Notes: a model not told the origin generated them from the sequence alone. Numbered from the stretch's first letter, positions 40,892 to 53,357 are shown. The stretch: 64,000 nucleotides of DNA from Vulcanimicrobiota bacterium (GCA_050250895.1 JBFWNU010000001.1:2948891-3012890), one strand, 5' to 3'. Numbers and translations are program-made.

Positions 40892-41464
40892 CTAAGGCAA
40901 ATGGAGTCCCACTTCCATCAGGGCGATGGCAACATCATCCTGCAAGGAGCCACCCGGCAGCCGGACCAGGGCCACCAGCGCCTCGAGCGGGTCCGGTTCG
41001 GCCAGGGCTGCGCGGATCTTCTCCTGGCTGGTGTAGCGAAACAGTCCGTCCGAGGCCACCAGTAACTGGCCTGGCTGGAGCGGGCATCGGAAGGGCATCG
41101 GCATCGCCTCGCCGCTGCCGAGCAAGGGCTTGCGCCGCTGGTGCTCGGTCAGAACAAAGGTGGTATCGGCGGTTACCAACCAGGCCTCGGAGTCGCCCAC
41201 CGAAACGCCACTCAACTCGTGCTCGTCGAGGTTGACCACCAGGCCCGTCGTGTCCCCGCAGATCCGATCGGCGGCCAGCCTTCGGTCCACCTCGAGGAAG
41301 GCGTCCCACAACGGCGAGGGCTTGGCGACCATGAAGTCGACGAAGAACTGAGCGGCCTCTTCTCCACCGGCCACCCCGCCCGCTCCGTCGGCCAGGATAA
41401 CGGTGTCTGGCATCACCACCACGCGGTCCTGAGAGCGGGCGCCCGAAGGCAAGTTGATGGTCAT
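40892..41464 (-). CDS. PP2C-family protein phosphatase
   Basis: SQDR, LADGAGG, VGDS, LVASDGL and QDD motifs. Confidence 0.88.
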   Translation of the reverse strand: MTINLPSGARSQDRVVVMPDTVILADGAGGVAGGEEAAQFFVDFMVAKPSPLWDAFLEVDRRLAADRICGDTTGLVVNLDEHELSGVSVGDSEAWLVTADTTFVLTEHQRRKPLLGSGEAMPMPFRCPLQPGQLLVASDGLFRYTSQEKIRAALAEPDPLEALVALVRLPGGSLQDDVAIALMEVGLHLP

Positions 41465-42348
41465 CCCAGGCCTTTCGGGGCCGAAGCGCCCCATCCCCCG
41501 GACCGGGGAATCGGCACCCGAGCCAGCTTATCAGGGTTGCGGGTGGCGTAGATGGCGACCACCCGGTCGCCCTCGATGTCAAAAGCAAGGGTGGTGACCA
41601 CCTGGCCGGCCTCGCTGGCCACCAGACCCGGCAGTCCCCCCACGCGCGTCAACCACACCCGGGTCTGGCTCGAGGGCGCAAACTTCTGGGCCACGCCCAC
41701 GAAGAAGCGGGCCACCTTGTCGGCCCCGATGACGGGTCGCAGGGCGGCCACCGCCTTGCCGCCGCCGTCGCTGAGCAGCACCACATCCTCGCGCAGGTGA
41801 CGCATCACACCCTCGAGGTCTCCGGCCATCATGGCCTCGACCAGCTCGCTGACCAGGTTCTGAGCCGCCGCTGGCTCGGGGTGAAAGCGAGCCCGCTGCT
41901 GGCGCAGATGGGTGCGCGAGCGCGAGACCAGTTGGCGGCAGGCCGTGTTGCTTCGGCCCAGCAGCCCGCCGAGTTCGTCATAGCCAAAGTCGTAGACCTC
42001 GTGCAAAAGCCAGGCCGCCCGCTCCAGCGGCGACAGGCGCTCGAGGGCTACCAGCAGGGCCAGCGTGAGGTCTTCGGCCAGTTCCAGCGGGTCGTCCGCC
42101 TCCACGATCGGCTCCGGCAGCCAGGGCCCGGGATAGACCTCGCGCTGGTGCCGGGCCGACTTGAGGTGGTCCAGGCACAGCCGCGTGACCACCCGATAGA
42201 GCCAGGCGCGGGGGAGTTCCACCGACTGGCCCTCGAAGCGCAACCAGGCCTCCTGGACCAGGTCTTCGGCCTCGGCCAACGAGCCGGTCATGCGATAGGC
42301 CAACCGAGTGAGTTCGGCGCGGTGGGCCTCGAAAACGGTGGCGCTCAC
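41461..42348 (-). CDS. ECF41 (SigJ-like) sigma factor with SnoaL-like C-terminal extension
   Basis: AYRMTGS..EAEDLVQ, YPGPWLPEP, SDGGGK and NPDKL motifs. Confidence 0.95.
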   Translation of the reverse strand: MSATVFEAHRAELTRLAYRMTGSLAEAEDLVQEAWLRFEGQSVELPRAWLYRVVTRLCLDHLKSARHQREVYPGPWLPEPIVEADDPLELAEDLTLALLVALERLSPLERAAWLLHEVYDFGYDELGGLLGRSNTACRQLVSRSRTHLRQQRARFHPEPAAAQNLVSELVEAMMAGDLEGVMRHLREDVVLLSDGGGKAVAALRPVIGADKVARFFVGVAQKFAPSSQTRVWLTRVGGLPGLVASEAGQVVTTLAFDIEGDRVVAIYATRNPDKLARVPIPRSGGWGASAPKGLG

Positions 42349-42896
42349 GAGACCAGGGCGGCCGGCCTGGCAACCGCCACCCCCTCCACCTCGACCCGCA
42401 TGCAGACGTGACCATGGCCCAGGGCGTACTTCAAAGTGGGATAGATGCGAGCGGTCGTGAGGGCGTAAGCCAGGGTGAGAGGGGCGCGCGGGCCAAAGCG
42501 AGTGATCACTTCTTGACGCAGCTGATCGGCCTCGGGGTCGCGGGCCAGGGCGTGGCGCACGAACTCAACTGCCAGCCGAACCTCGGCCGGCAGCGCCTCA
42601 TCGTCGCCGGCCACCACCGCCGCCAGGATCGTGCCGGGCACTCCTGCCTCTTCGGCCATGCGCACCGTCAACTGGGCACAGGGACCGCAGTCCTCGGCCA
42701 CAATGGCGGCCAGTCGAGCGGCGAAGAGCGCGTCGCGGGGAACATCCCGGTCGTAGGCTCCCATCGACTGCACCAGAGCCACGCGCAGCAGCGCTCCCGG
42801 CCCGCCCGTCTGCAAGATGTCGTGGAGATAGGCGGCGTCGTAGCCGTAGCGAGCCTCGAACTTTCGGATCATTTTTCGCGATAACCAGGTGAACAT
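42345..42896 (-). CDS. Carboxymuconolactone decarboxylase/AhpD-like protein
   Basis: EDCGPC CxxC motif; AAGGAGG RBS; typical ECF41 target position. Confidence 0.8.
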   Translation of the reverse strand: MFTWLSRKMIRKFEARYGYDAAYLHDILQTGGPGALLRVALVQSMGAYDRDVPRDALFAARLAAIVAEDCGPCAQLTVRMAEEAGVPGTILAAVVAGDDEALPAEVRLAVEFVRHALARDPEADQLRQEVITRFGPRAPLTLAYALTTARIYPTLKYALGHGHVCMRVEVEGVAVARPAALVS

Positions 42897-42922
42897 GCTG
42901 TGATAGCCTCCTTTGCCTAAAG

Positions 42923-42949
42923 GACGAGACAGCCTGCTCGGTTGTGACA
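42923..42949 (-). promoter_or_regulatory. ECF41 promoter TGTCACA-N16-CGTC
   Basis: Minus strand reads TGTCACA accgagcaggctgtct CGTC, an exact match to the known ECF41 consensus. Confidence 0.85.
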
Positions 42950-43039
42950 TGCCGGCCGCCCACGGCGGGAAACATCAGGACTTCATTTGTCTGCCTGAAC
43001 TAGACATCTTGACATCAATCTTGGACAGGAGCTACCGTG

Positions 43040-43293
43040 GTGCCGTGAGACCCTCGACCCGGATGTTGCCCTGAGACTAAAGCAAGAGATGGAGCGAGAA
43101 ACAAGACCCTGAAGGCGACCGTGAACGATGCTCTTCGAAGAGGATTGAACCTCGCGTGCCACCAGGACGAGGACGAGCCTTTCCAGGTTGAGGCCCATGA
43201 CTTTGGCTTCAAGCGGGAATCGACCTGGACCGCCTCAACCAGTTGGTCGACCAGCTCGAAGCCGAAGAAGTCGCCTCGAGACATCCGTTTTGA
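43040..43293 (+). pseudogene. Degenerate VapB-type (ribbon-helix-helix) antitoxin
   Basis: TLDPDVALRLK...VNDALRRGL...IDLDRLNQLVDQLE, read across frameshifts. Confidence 0.6.
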
Positions 43294-43624
43294 TCACCCC
43301 GACGTCAATCTGCTGATTCATGCCTACAACGCCGCTTCGCCTCGTCACCAGCGAGCGAAACAGTGGTGGGAGGAGCTGATGGACGACCCGAAGGCGATCG
43401 TCGGGCTCACCTGGGTCGCCATGATGGGCTTCATTCGCGTCGTTACCCATCCGAGACACGCGCAGATCTTCTTCGGGCTGCTGGAATCTCTTGGCAGCGC
43501 AGGCAACCTCACGACCGACGCGCATCTTGCCGCGGTCGCGATCGAATTTCAAGCCGAACTCCACACCACAGATGCTGATATGTCGCGCTTTTCAGGTTTG
43601 AGTTGGCGCAATCCCATAGGCTAA
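43290..43624 (+). pseudogene. VapC PIN toxin pseudogene (frameshifted start, apparent internal deletion)
   Basis: PDVNLLIHA, GNLTTDAHLAAVAIE and DADMSRF..L.WRNP motifs; short between THPR and HAQIF. Confidence 0.7.
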
Positions 43625-43687
43625 CATCCCAGCCGGCTCCCCGCCCCGAAACGACTCCGTGTCGTTGTCCACCCCGACGAGACCAAG

Positions 43688-43824
43688 CCGTCAACTGGCG
43701 GCTGGTCGAGCGGCGACGCGCGCGTCGCGAGAAACATCGCGGTCGTAGGTCCCCTCGGCTGTGCCAGCCCAGGCTCAGCAGCGCTCCCGGGCCGCCCGGC
43801 CTGTCAAATGTCGTGGAGTTAAGC
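43688..43824 (-). pseudogene. Degenerate partial copy of the AhpD-like gene
   Basis: gcgctcccgggccgccc...atgtcgtggag and cgcgtcgcg..aacatc.cggtcgtagg match 42665-42835. Confidence 0.65.
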
Positions 43825-43825
43825 G

Positions 43826-43854
43826 TTGACCATGACTCGGTTAAGGTATATATT
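43826..43854 (+). promoter_or_regulatory. Sigma70-type promoter of vapBC
   Basis: TTGACC-N17-TATATT. Confidence 0.65.
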
Positions 43855-43887
43855 TTGGATAGATATTCGTGGGCGAAGGATGGTGTT

Positions 43888-44121
43888 ATGCAGAAAGCCA
43901 AACTGTTTAAGAATGGACAAAGTCAGGCTGTCCGTCTACCGAAGGAATTTCGGTTCTCCGGTAGCGAGGTCCATATAAAGAGGGTCGGAAACGCGGTTGT
44001 TCTGATGCCGATGGAGGGTTTCTGGGAGCCGATGCTATCGGCTCTCGACATGTTCAGCGACGACTTCATGGAGTCCCGCTCACAACCCGGTGAGCAGGTT
44101 CGGGAGGAACTCTTCGATTGA
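43888..44121 (+). CDS. vapB: VapB (AbrB/SpoVT-type) antitoxin
   Basis: AKLFKNGQSQAVRLPKEFRF motif. Confidence 0.92.
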   Translation: MQKAKLFKNGQSQAVRLPKEFRFSGSEVHIKRVGNAVVLMPMEGFWEPMLSALDMFSDDFMESRSQPGEQVREELFD

Positions 44122-44519
44122 CGCACCTCTTGGACACCGACATTTGCGTCTATCTGATTAAGCGAAGGCCTCCCGCGGTCATCGAGAGACTTCGCTCACA
44201 CCCGCCCGGAGAGATCGGTGTCTCGTCCGTGACCGTTGCCGAGTTGTCATACGGAGTTGAGAAAAGTCAGCATCGCGAGGGCAATAAGGCGGCCCTGCGA
44301 CAGTTTCTGTTGCCCCTGGTCGTGTTGGATTTTAACCACGAAGCCGCCCTGACCTATGGCGAGGTGAGGGCAACTCTGGAGCGTGCCGGCACGCCCATCG
44401 GGCCGTTCGACACGATGATTGGGGCCCACGCCTTACACCTGAACGCGACCCTGGTCACCAATAACCTCTGGGAGTTTTCTCGCATCATCGGTTTGAGAAC
44501 GGAAAACTGGTCGGCCTAA
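44118..44519 (+). CDS. vapC: VapC PIN-domain toxin
   Basis: LLDTDIC, VAEL.YG, IGPFDTMIGAHA and LVTNN..EF motifs. Confidence 0.93.
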   Translation: MTHLLDTDICVYLIKRRPPAVIERLRSHPPGEIGVSSVTVAELSYGVEKSQHREGNKAALRQFLLPLVVLDFNHEAALTYGEVRATLERAGTPIGPFDTMIGAHALHLNATLVTNNLWEFSRIIGLRTENWSA

Positions 44520-44853
44520 CATTCTTTGCGGCCGCGGGCAGAACCTTGCACCCACTCGCCCGCGGCCCAGACCAGCCAGGGCAAATCGGCCGGCGACAAG
44601 CCAAGCGTGCCCGCGACAGCACCAAGCACAAAGTGAAGAACCCGCGAGTTACCGCGGGTTCCATGAGGTCCGTATGGTCATCTATGAGAGCGGGCAAGGT
44701 CCACGCCAATTTCCCCGGCCCGCCGGCCGCGAGTCTGATGTGCAGGAGTTGCTCGCGTCCGTTGTATGTGCCTATAGATTAACCTGCCGCAGTTGGCCAG
44801 AGGTTGGACAGGCCGGGCCGATCCGACAAAGTCGTTACATCAGCTTGAACTTC

Positions 44854-46383
<1,530 letters not shown>

Positions 46384-46485
46384 CTTGGCCCTGTTGGAGG
46401 CCCGACCGGTAGGGTCCTCCAACAGGAGAGGGGGCCCTCCGCCACAAACTCGCTTAGATACTGGAAAAAAGGGGCGGGAAAAGCC

Positions 46486-48516
46486 ATGCGTTGTAGGTCG
46501 TATCTCTTGGCGCTGCTGTTGCTTGTTTTGGCTGGATGCTCGGGCGGAGGCTCGAGCTCGGGCGGAGAGGCTTCGGCGGGACCGGGACCGGTCACGACCG
46601 GGCTGGCCTTGACGGTCCGATTGGCCCCCACGCCGCGGGTGCTGGCGCGCAACGGCTTGCCCGACCTGGTGCGGGTCGAGGTCTATGACTTACTCACCCG
46701 CACTCTGATCGCCCAGGGCCAGGCTGACGTTCCTGAAGGAGCCAGCCAGGTGAGCGTCTTCGTCGGCTCGGTGCCCCCCGGGCGCTTTCTGGTGGTGGCC
46801 AAGGGCGTTGACCTCAACGGCGTGCTGCTGCTGTCTTCGGGCGAACAAGAAGTCACGGTGGTGGCCGGGTCGACCACTTCCCTCACTCTGGTCCTGTCGA
46901 GCCTGAGCCCCAGCTTGCGCTTTGCCACCCAGCCGATGAGCGCGGTGGCCGGGGCGAATCTGGTTCCGGTCGTGGTCCAGGTACTCGATGCGGCCGGCAA
47001 TCTCGATACCACCGCGGCAGTGCCCGTTACGGTGGCTCTCAACGGCACTCCTGGAATGCTGGCCGGCACCCTCACCGTCACCAGCGTGGCTGGCGTGGCC
47101 GAGTTCAGCGACCTGAGCGTCAGCCAGGCGGGCAGCTACACGCTGACCGCCTCTGCCTCTGGCTACACTTCGGCCACCAGCCAGCTGTTTGCCATCTCGG
47201 TCACGGTCGGGCCTCCCGCCCAGCTGGCTTTCGTCACCCCACCCGGCAATGTCTCGGCCTTTGACACCATGTTACCGGTGGTAGTGGCGGTGCAAGACTC
47301 GAACGGGATTTTGGTGCCCACGGCCACCAATGCGGTCACCATCGCCCTGGCCTCCAACCCGGGTTCGTCGACCCTGGGAGGCACCCTCATGGTCAACGCG
47401 GTGGGCGGCCTGGCCACGTTTTCTGACTTGACCCTCGACATGGTCGGCTCGGGATACACCCTGATGGCATCCTCCCCGGGTCTCACCAGCATCACCAGCG
47501 GCAACTTCGACGTATCGCTGGCCCCCGGGGCCTTGACCCTGGTGGGCGTAGTGCCGGTGGGCAACCTCCCCAACTATCCCGATATGTCCAGCGACGGCAA
47601 GTTTCTCTACGTACCTCTGTTTAACGCCAATCAGGTCAAAGCTTATTCGGTGGATGCGGCCACGGGGGCCCTGACCGAGTTGACCAGCAGCCCTTACACC
47701 GGGTTCTCTAATCCGGCGGCGGCGGCCCTGACGCCCGACGGCAGTTCGCTGTTCATCTCTAACGCCTCGTCCGCGAGTGCCACCACTTTTAGCGTCAATA
47801 CCACCACCGGCGATCTCACCCTCACGGGCGCGGCGGGGACCGGCGGCAATCCGCTTCGCGGCGAGGTGACCCCCGACGGCAACTTCTTCTACGTCGCCAA
47901 CTTCGCTTCCCATACGCTGTCGGGTTATCACGTGTTGCCGGGCTCGATTCTATCCGAGTTGAGCACCTCGCCTGAGGCGGCCGCTGGCTTCGGCCCCGAC
48001 TCGCTGAGCATCCGGCCAGACGGCATGTTTTGCTACTCCTCCAACGGCAACGTCTACTCCATCAATACGGGCAACGGCGACCTGACCGAGATCGCCTCTT
48101 CGCCGTTTGCCAATGCGGTCGGCGAGCCCACCATGGACGCAACGGGAAACATCCTGTTCGCCTTTGACATCGGTCCCGGAACCTTAAAGACGTCGCTGCT
48201 CAATCCCATCACCGGAGTGCCTACCCTGGCGGCCTCCGTCACCACCACGGCCGGCGCCCTGGGCACGCCAGCGGTGGAAAGCTCGAACAAGTTCATCTAC
48301 GTCAGCGATTCGATCAACGCCAAGGTCTATGGCTTCCGGTTCGACAGCAGCGGCAACCTCACGCCGGTGCCGGGCTCGCCCTTTGACAGCGGGGGTGGTC
48401 CTGGCACCCAGCCGACCTACATCATCGCCCACCCCGGCGCCGACTTTCTCTACATCTTCAACCGGGGCACCAACGACATCAGCGTCTTCGCCATCAACAA
48501 TCCCCCGGGGGCCTGA
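46486..48516 (+). CDS. Lipoprotein with two Ig-like domains and a lactonase-type beta-propeller
   Basis: LAGC lipobox; repeated F.T.P...V.V.VQD...G.A.FSDL; TPDG.F.YVAN blades. Confidence 0.82.
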   Translation: MRCRSYLLALLLLVLAGCSGGGSSSGGEASAGPGPVTTGLALTVRLAPTPRVLARNGLPDLVRVEVYDLLTRTLIAQGQADVPEGASQVSVFVGSVPPGRFLVVAKGVDLNGVLLLSSGEQEVTVVAGSTTSLTLVLSSLSPSLRFATQPMSAVAGANLVPVVVQVLDAAGNLDTTAAVPVTVALNGTPGMLAGTLTVTSVAGVAEFSDLSVSQAGSYTLTASASGYTSATSQLFAISVTVGPPAQLAFVTPPGNVSAFDTMLPVVVAVQDSNGILVPTATNAVTIALASNPGSSTLGGTLMVNAVGGLATFSDLTLDMVGSGYTLMASSPGLTSITSGNFDVSLAPGALTLVGVVPVGNLPNYPDMSSDGKFLYVPLFNANQVKAYSVDAATGALTELTSSPYTGFSNPAAAALTPDGSSLFISNASSASATTFSVNTTTGDLTLTGAAGTGGNPLRGEVTPDGNFFYVANFASHTLSGYHVLPGSILSELSTSPEAAAGFGPDSLSIRPDGMFCYSSNGNVYSINTGNGDLTEIASSPFANAVGEPTMDATGNILFAFDIGPGTLKTSLLNPITGVPTLAASVTTTAGALGTPAVESSNKFIYVSDSINAKVYGFRFDSSGNLTPVPGSPFDSGGGPGTQPTYIIAHPGADFLYIFNRGTNDISVFAINNPPGA

Positions 48517-48561
48517 TCCACGTCATTTCCCCCCCAGCCAGAACGTGATTGACTAGGACCT

Positions 48562-49626
48562 GTGAAAAAGGCTTTCCCTAAAGACAGTCTGCAGCTCCTC
48601 ATCGACAAGTTGCGCCAGGACGGCTACGAAGTGGTCGGTCCGCGGGTGCGTGACGGGGCTATCGTCTATGATACCGTCACGTCGCTCGAGCAGTTGCCCC
48701 GAGGCGTCGTCGACGAGCAGCAGCCGGGCAGCTATCGGCTGCTCCAACAGGGAGACCGCTATTTCGCCCACACGGTGGGTCCCCACTCCTGGAAAAAATA
48801 CCTGCATCCGCCCGGCCTGTGCATGTTCAAAAGCCGCCCCGACGGCACCATTACCGAGGGCGATCCGGTGGTGCGCCGGGCCTTTCTGGGGGTGAGGGCC
48901 TGCGAGTTGGCGGCTATGGCCGTCCAAGACAAGGTTTTTCTGGGTCAAGGCTATCAAGACCCGTGGTATGACGAGCGCCGCCGGGCCAGCCTGGTCATCG
49001 GCGTCAACTGCAGCCGGGCCGGTAACACCTGTTTTTGCGTGTCGATGAAGACCGGGCCCACCGTCACCCAGGGGGATGACCTGACGCTGACCGAACTCGA
49101 CGAGGTTTTTCTGGCCGAAGCTCGCACGCCCGCTGGCCAGGCCCTGCTCGAGGCTCTTCCTACCCGGGCCGCAACCCCGGCCGAAGAGCAGGCGGCCAGG
49201 GCTCAGACCGAGGCTATCCAGATGGGGCGAAAGCTCGACACCGAGGGCCTGCCGGAGCGACTCAAGGCCAACCTCGATCACCCTCGCTGGGACGAGGTGG
49301 CCGACCGCTGCTTGACCTGCACCAACTGCACCATGGTCTGCCCCACCTGTTTCTGCTTCTCGGTCGATGAGGTGACCGACCTGACCGGCGACGAGAGCAG
49401 CCGGGTGCGCCATTGGGACTCGTGCTTTACCACCAATTTCACCTACACCGCTGGCAGCTGCGAGCGGGTCAGCAACAAGTCGCGCTATCGCCAATGGCTG
49501 ACCCACAAGCTGGCCACCTGGCACGACCAGTTCGGCGAGTCGGGTTGCGTGGGCTGCGGACGCTGCATCACCTGGTGTCCGGTGGGAATCGATATCACCG
49601 AGGAGGCCAACGCCATCCGTGATTGA
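48562..49626 (+). CDS. Group 3b [NiFe]-hydrogenase (sulfhydrogenase) beta, Fe-S subunit
   Basis: [16 protein letters not shown] and [13 protein letters not shown] motifs. Confidence 0.9.
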   Translation: MKKAFPKDSLQLLIDKLRQDGYEVVGPRVRDGAIVYDTVTSLEQLPRGVVDEQQPGSYRLLQQGDRYFAHTVGPHSWKKYLHPPGLCMFKSRPDGTITEGDPVVRRAFLGVRACELAAMAVQDKVFLGQGYQDPWYDERRRASLVIGVNCSRAGNTCFCVSMKTGPTVTQGDDLTLTELDEVFLAEARTPAGQALLEALPTRAATPAEEQAARAQTEAIQMGRKLDTEGLPERLKANLDHPRWDEVADRCLTCTNCTMVCPTCFCFSVDEVTDLTGDESSRVRHWDSCFTTNFTYTAGSCERVSNKSRYRQWLTHKLATWHDQFGESGCVGCGRCITWCPVGIDITEEANAIRD

Positions 49627-50065
49627 TCATCCATTTACCAGGAGCTTTACCGAGGCCGAACACAAGCAGTTCGAAGCCATCTGCAAGCGGGTCGAGTTCT
49701 TGCCCGGAACCTACCTCTTGCGCGAAGACCAACCATGCGATCGCTTTTATCTACTCGAGCGCGGTCTGGTCTCGATCGAGTTGCAGCGACCTGGCCGTGA
49801 GGTGCTGCGGTTGCAAACCGAGACGGGCGGCAGCGAAGTCGGTTGGTCGTGGTTGTTTGCGCCCTACCGGGCCACCTTTGATGTGAGGACGGTCGAGCTT
49901 TGCGAGGCCTACGCGGTCGAGGCCGCCGCCATGCGCAAACTAATGGAGGACGAGCCCGCCTTCGGTTTCAAGGCCATGCAGGCGCTGCTGCACACCATGG
50001 TCGAGCGGCTGATGCAGGCGCGATTGCAGTTGCTCGACATCCACTCGGTGGGGGAGACACCATGA
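49619..50065 (+). CDS. Cyclic nucleotide-binding domain protein
   Basis: FYLLERG.V, VGWSWL and RL..ARLQLLD motifs. Confidence 0.85.
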   Translation: MIDHPFTRSFTEAEHKQFEAICKRVEFLPGTYLLREDQPCDRFYLLERGLVSIELQRPGREVLRLQTETGGSEVGWSWLFAPYRATFDVRTVELCEAYAVEAAAMRKLMEDEPAFGFKAMQALLHTMVERLMQARLQLLDIHSVGETP

Positions 50066-50871
50066 TCCCACGCACGTTCGAAGTCACCAGTCGGGTCCAG
50101 GACAATCCCGTCACTTACACCCTCGGGGCCCGGGCCGTCGAAGGCCCGCCCCTGGAGTTTTGCCCGGGGCAGTTCAACATGCTCTATGTCCACGGCAAAG
50201 GCGAGATTCCCATCTCGATTTCGGGTCCGGCCTACCAACCCGAGCAGTTGCTTCACACGGTCCAGGTGGTGGGGGCGGTCAGCCGGGCCTTCACCGAGCT
50301 CGAGCCGGGCCAGCGGTTCGGCGTGCGCGGGCCTTTCGGACGCGGCTGGCCGGTCGAGGCGGCCCGGGGTCATGACGTGTGCCTGATGGCGGGCGGGTTG
50401 GGGCTGGCTCCGCTGCGTCCGGTCATCTATGCGATCGCGGCCCAGCGCGAGCATTACGGGCGGGTGGTGGTGCTCTATGGCGCTCGCCAGACGGATCTGC
50501 TGCTCTTCCAGGCAGAGTTCGGCCAGTGGCCCGACATCGAGGTGATGGTCACCGTCGACATGGCCTCGCCGGGCTGGCACGGCCATATCGGCGTGGTCAC
50601 GGGCCTGTGCCGAGCCGCGTCGCGGCGATTGGATCTCTCCAGGGCCTACGCCATGGTGTGCGGACCGCCGGTGATGATGCGCTTTTCGGTGCGCGAACTG
50701 CTGCGCTGGGGAGCCGCCCCCGAGCGGGTTTTTCTCTCGGTCGAACGCAATATGCAGTGCGGCCTGGGAGTGTGCGGGCACTGTCAGTACGGCCCCTATT
50801 TCCTGTGTAAGGACGGTCCGGTGTTTTCTTACCAGGAGCTGCAGCCCTGGATGGAGGTGCGCGAGCTATGA
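50062..50871 (+). CDS. Group 3b hydrogenase gamma (FAD/NAD(P)-binding, 2Fe-2S) subunit
   Basis: [20 protein letters not shown] and [19 protein letters not shown] motifs. Confidence 0.9.
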   Translation: MIPRTFEVTSRVQDNPVTYTLGARAVEGPPLEFCPGQFNMLYVHGKGEIPISISGPAYQPEQLLHTVQVVGAVSRAFTELEPGQRFGVRGPFGRGWPVEAARGHDVCLMAGGLGLAPLRPVIYAIAAQREHYGRVVVLYGARQTDLLLFQAEFGQWPDIEVMVTVDMASPGWHGHIGVVTGLCRAASRRLDLSRAYAMVCGPPVMMRFSVRELLRWGAAPERVFLSVERNMQCGLGVCGHCQYGPYFLCKDGPVFSYQELQPWMEVREL

Positions 50872-51644
50872 AGCCAAGACTCGCCGTGTGGAAGTTCTCG
50901 TCATGTGACGGATGCCAGCTGTCGGTGCTCGACTGCGAAGACGAGTTGCTGGCCCTGGCCGGCCAGGTCGAGATTGCCTATTTTCTCGAGGCCACCAGCG
51001 CCAGCGCCCCCGGTCCCTACGACGTGTCGTTGGTCGAGGGCAGCATCTCGACTCCTCACGAAGAGGAGCTGATTCGCCAGGTGCGTTCGCAATCGAGCTT
51101 TCTGGCCACCATCGGAGCCTGCGCTACGGCCGGTGGCATCCAGGCTCTGCGCAACTTCGCCGAGGTGGACGAATTCATCAAGACCGTCTACGCCCACCCG
51201 GAGTACATCGAGACTCTGAGCGAATGCCATCCCATCTCGGACTATGTCAAGGTCGATTTCGAGCTGCGCGGCTGCCCCATCAACAAGCAGCAGTTGTTGG
51301 AACTGCTCAACGCCCTGCTGCACGGACGGCGTCCCAACATCCCGCCCCACAGCCTGTGTCATGAATGCAAGCGACGGGGGTTAGTGTGCGTCTCGGTAGC
51401 CCACGGAACTCCCTGTCTGGGCCCCGTGACCCAGGCCGGTTGCGGAGCGCTCTGCCCGGGTTGTAACCGGGGCTGCTACGGCTGCTTCGGACCGATGGAG
51501 ACTCCCAACACCGAGGCGCTGGCGCAGCGCTTGCGCCTGCAGGGCGTGAGCGACGGCGAGATGGTGCGGCTGTTCCGTAGCTTCAACGCCAACGCTCCCG
51601 AATTCAAGGAGGCAAGTCTTCGCCATGAATACCCGCATCATTAA
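50868..51644 (+). CDS. Group 3b hydrogenase small (delta) subunit
   Basis: SSCDGCQ, GACA, GCP and [20 protein letters not shown] motifs. Confidence 0.92.
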   Translation: MKPRLAVWKFSSCDGCQLSVLDCEDELLALAGQVEIAYFLEATSASAPGPYDVSLVEGSISTPHEEELIRQVRSQSSFLATIGACATAGGIQALRNFAEVDEFIKTVYAHPEYIETLSECHPISDYVKVDFELRGCPINKQQLLELLNALLHGRRPNIPPHSLCHECKRRGLVCVSVAHGTPCLGPVTQAGCGALCPGCNRGCYGCFGPMETPNTEALAQRLRLQGVSDGEMVRLFRSFNANAPEFKEASLRHEYPHH

Positions 51645-52911
51645 AGTCGACGCCCTGGCCCGGGTCGAAGGAGAGGGCGCCCTTCACGTCCGCCTGCGGG
51701 GCGACGAGATCGAGGAAGTCCGCTTTCGTATCTTCGAGCCGCCCAGGTTCTTCGAGGCCTTTCTGCGAGGTCGCGGCTATTTGGAAGTGCCCGATATCAC
51801 GGCCCGTATCTGCGGTATCTGCCCGGTGGCCTATCAGATGAGTTCGGTGCATGCCCTCGAGCAGGCTCTCGGTCTGGAAATGGGCGACGCCTATGTCGAC
51901 TTGCGCCGGCTGCTCTATTGTGGCGAGTGGATCGAAAGTCACGCCTTACACGTGCTGATGCTCCACGCTCCTGACTTTTTCAAGAAGGCCAGCGTGCTCG
52001 AACTGGCCGAGCTGTTTCCCGAAGTGGTAGCCCGGGGGTTGGCCCTCAAGAAGGCGGGCAATGCCCTGGTGGCCGCCGTGGGCGGGCGCGAGGTCCATCC
52101 CGTCAACGTGCGCGTGGGCGGCTTCTATCGCTCGCCCGACACCCTTCATACCCTCGTCCCACAGCTCGAGAAGGCCCGCGAGATCGCGGCCGAGCTGGTG
52201 GAGTGGGTGAGCGGGTTCGACTTTCCCGAGCTCGAGGTCGACTATGAATATGTCTCGCTCTTTCACCCCGACGAGTACCCCATGAATCGAGGCCGGATGG
52301 TCTCGAACAAGGGCCTCGACATCGCCGTGGAAGACTTCTTCGAGCACTTCCAGGAAGAGCACATCGAGCATTCCAACGCTCTCCACTGTCGCCGCCTGCC
52401 GGGGCTGACGAGCTATCAGGTGGGCCCCCTGGCTCGGGTCAATCTGGCTTTCGAGCAGCTCTCGCCCGCGGCCCGCGAACTGGCCCGTCAGCACGGTTTC
52501 GAGCCGCCCTGTCTCAATCCGTTCAAGAGCATCATCGCCCGGGCGGTCGAGACCTTTTATGCGGTCGATGAGGCCCTGCGCCTGATCACTTCTTACCAGC
52601 CACCCGCTCAGCCTTACCTCACCGCCCCCAACCGGGCCGGCGTGGGCCACGCCTGCACCGAGGCTCCCCGCGGGACCCTCTACCATCGCTACGAGGTCGA
52701 CGCCGAGGGACTGATCGTGAAGGCCGACATCGTGCCTCCCACTTCGCAGAACCAGGCCCAGATCGAAGACGACCTGCGACGACTCTTGCCCAGCTTGCTC
52801 GAACGCTCCGAAGACGAGATCCAGCATCGCTGCGAGCAGGCCATTCGCAACTATGACCCCTGCATCTCTTGTGCCACCCACTTTCTGAGGGTCGAACTCG
52901 AGCGGCTGTGA
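51625..52911 (+). CDS. Group 3b [NiFe]-hydrogenase large (alpha) subunit
   Basis: RVEGEG, RICGIC (L1) and DPCISCATH (L2) with a short cleavable tail. Confidence 0.95.
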   Translation: MNTRIIKVDALARVEGEGALHVRLRGDEIEEVRFRIFEPPRFFEAFLRGRGYLEVPDITARICGICPVAYQMSSVHALEQALGLEMGDAYVDLRRLLYCGEWIESHALHVLMLHAPDFFKKASVLELAELFPEVVARGLALKKAGNALVAAVGGREVHPVNVRVGGFYRSPDTLHTLVPQLEKAREIAAELVEWVSGFDFPELEVDYEYVSLFHPDEYPMNRGRMVSNKGLDIAVEDFFEHFQEEHIEHSNALHCRRLPGLTSYQVGPLARVNLAFEQLSPAARELARQHGFEPPCLNPFKSIIARAVETFYAVDEALRLITSYQPPAQPYLTAPNRAGVGHACTEAPRGTLYHRYEVDAEGLIVKADIVPPTSQNQAQIEDDLRRLLPSLLERSEDEIQHRCEQAIRNYDPCISCATHFLRVELERL

Positions 52912-53357
52912 TCGTCGGCATGGGAAATCCCTATCGCCGGGATGATGGGGTGGGGCCGACCATGCTCGAGCGCCTCGCGGACCTTCCCACCTATTTCTGC
53001 CAGGGCGACCCCCTCGGTTTGATGACCGTCCTCGATGACCACGGCACGGTGATCATCATCGACGCTGTGCTCGGGCCAGAGCCTGGGCGAGTGCATCGAT
53101 GGGAGTGGGGCCAGACGCCGCCGGAACTGCTGGCCAGTCGCTTGTCCAGCCACAGTTTGCCGCTGCTTAGCACCCTGCGGCTGATGGAACGACAGAATCG
53201 TCTGCCCGAGCATACTGTCGTCTACGCTGTCGAGGCCGAGGACTTCTCGATGGGAGTGGGCCTCTCGCCCGCGGTCGAGGCCGTGCTGCCTGAACTAGAG
53301 CGTTGTATTCGCCAGGAATTGACACGGTTTCTTCCCAAGTCTAGGGAGCATGAGTGA
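52908..53357 (+). CDS. Hydrogenase maturation protease
   Basis: GMGNPYRRDDGVG, IIDAV and SSH motifs. Confidence 0.92.
   Translation: MIVGMGNPYRRDDGVGPTMLERLADLPTYFCQGDPLGLMTVLDDHGTVIIIDAVLGPEPGRVHRWEWGQTPPELLASRLSSHSLPLLSTLRLMERQNRLPEHTVVYAVEAEDFSMGVGLSPAVEAVLPELERCIRQELTRFLPKSREHE

Noticed and set aside
44520-44850. Short ORFs between vapC and the M28 peptidase
   Set aside because: No RBS or recognisable motif; possibly a decayed fragment.
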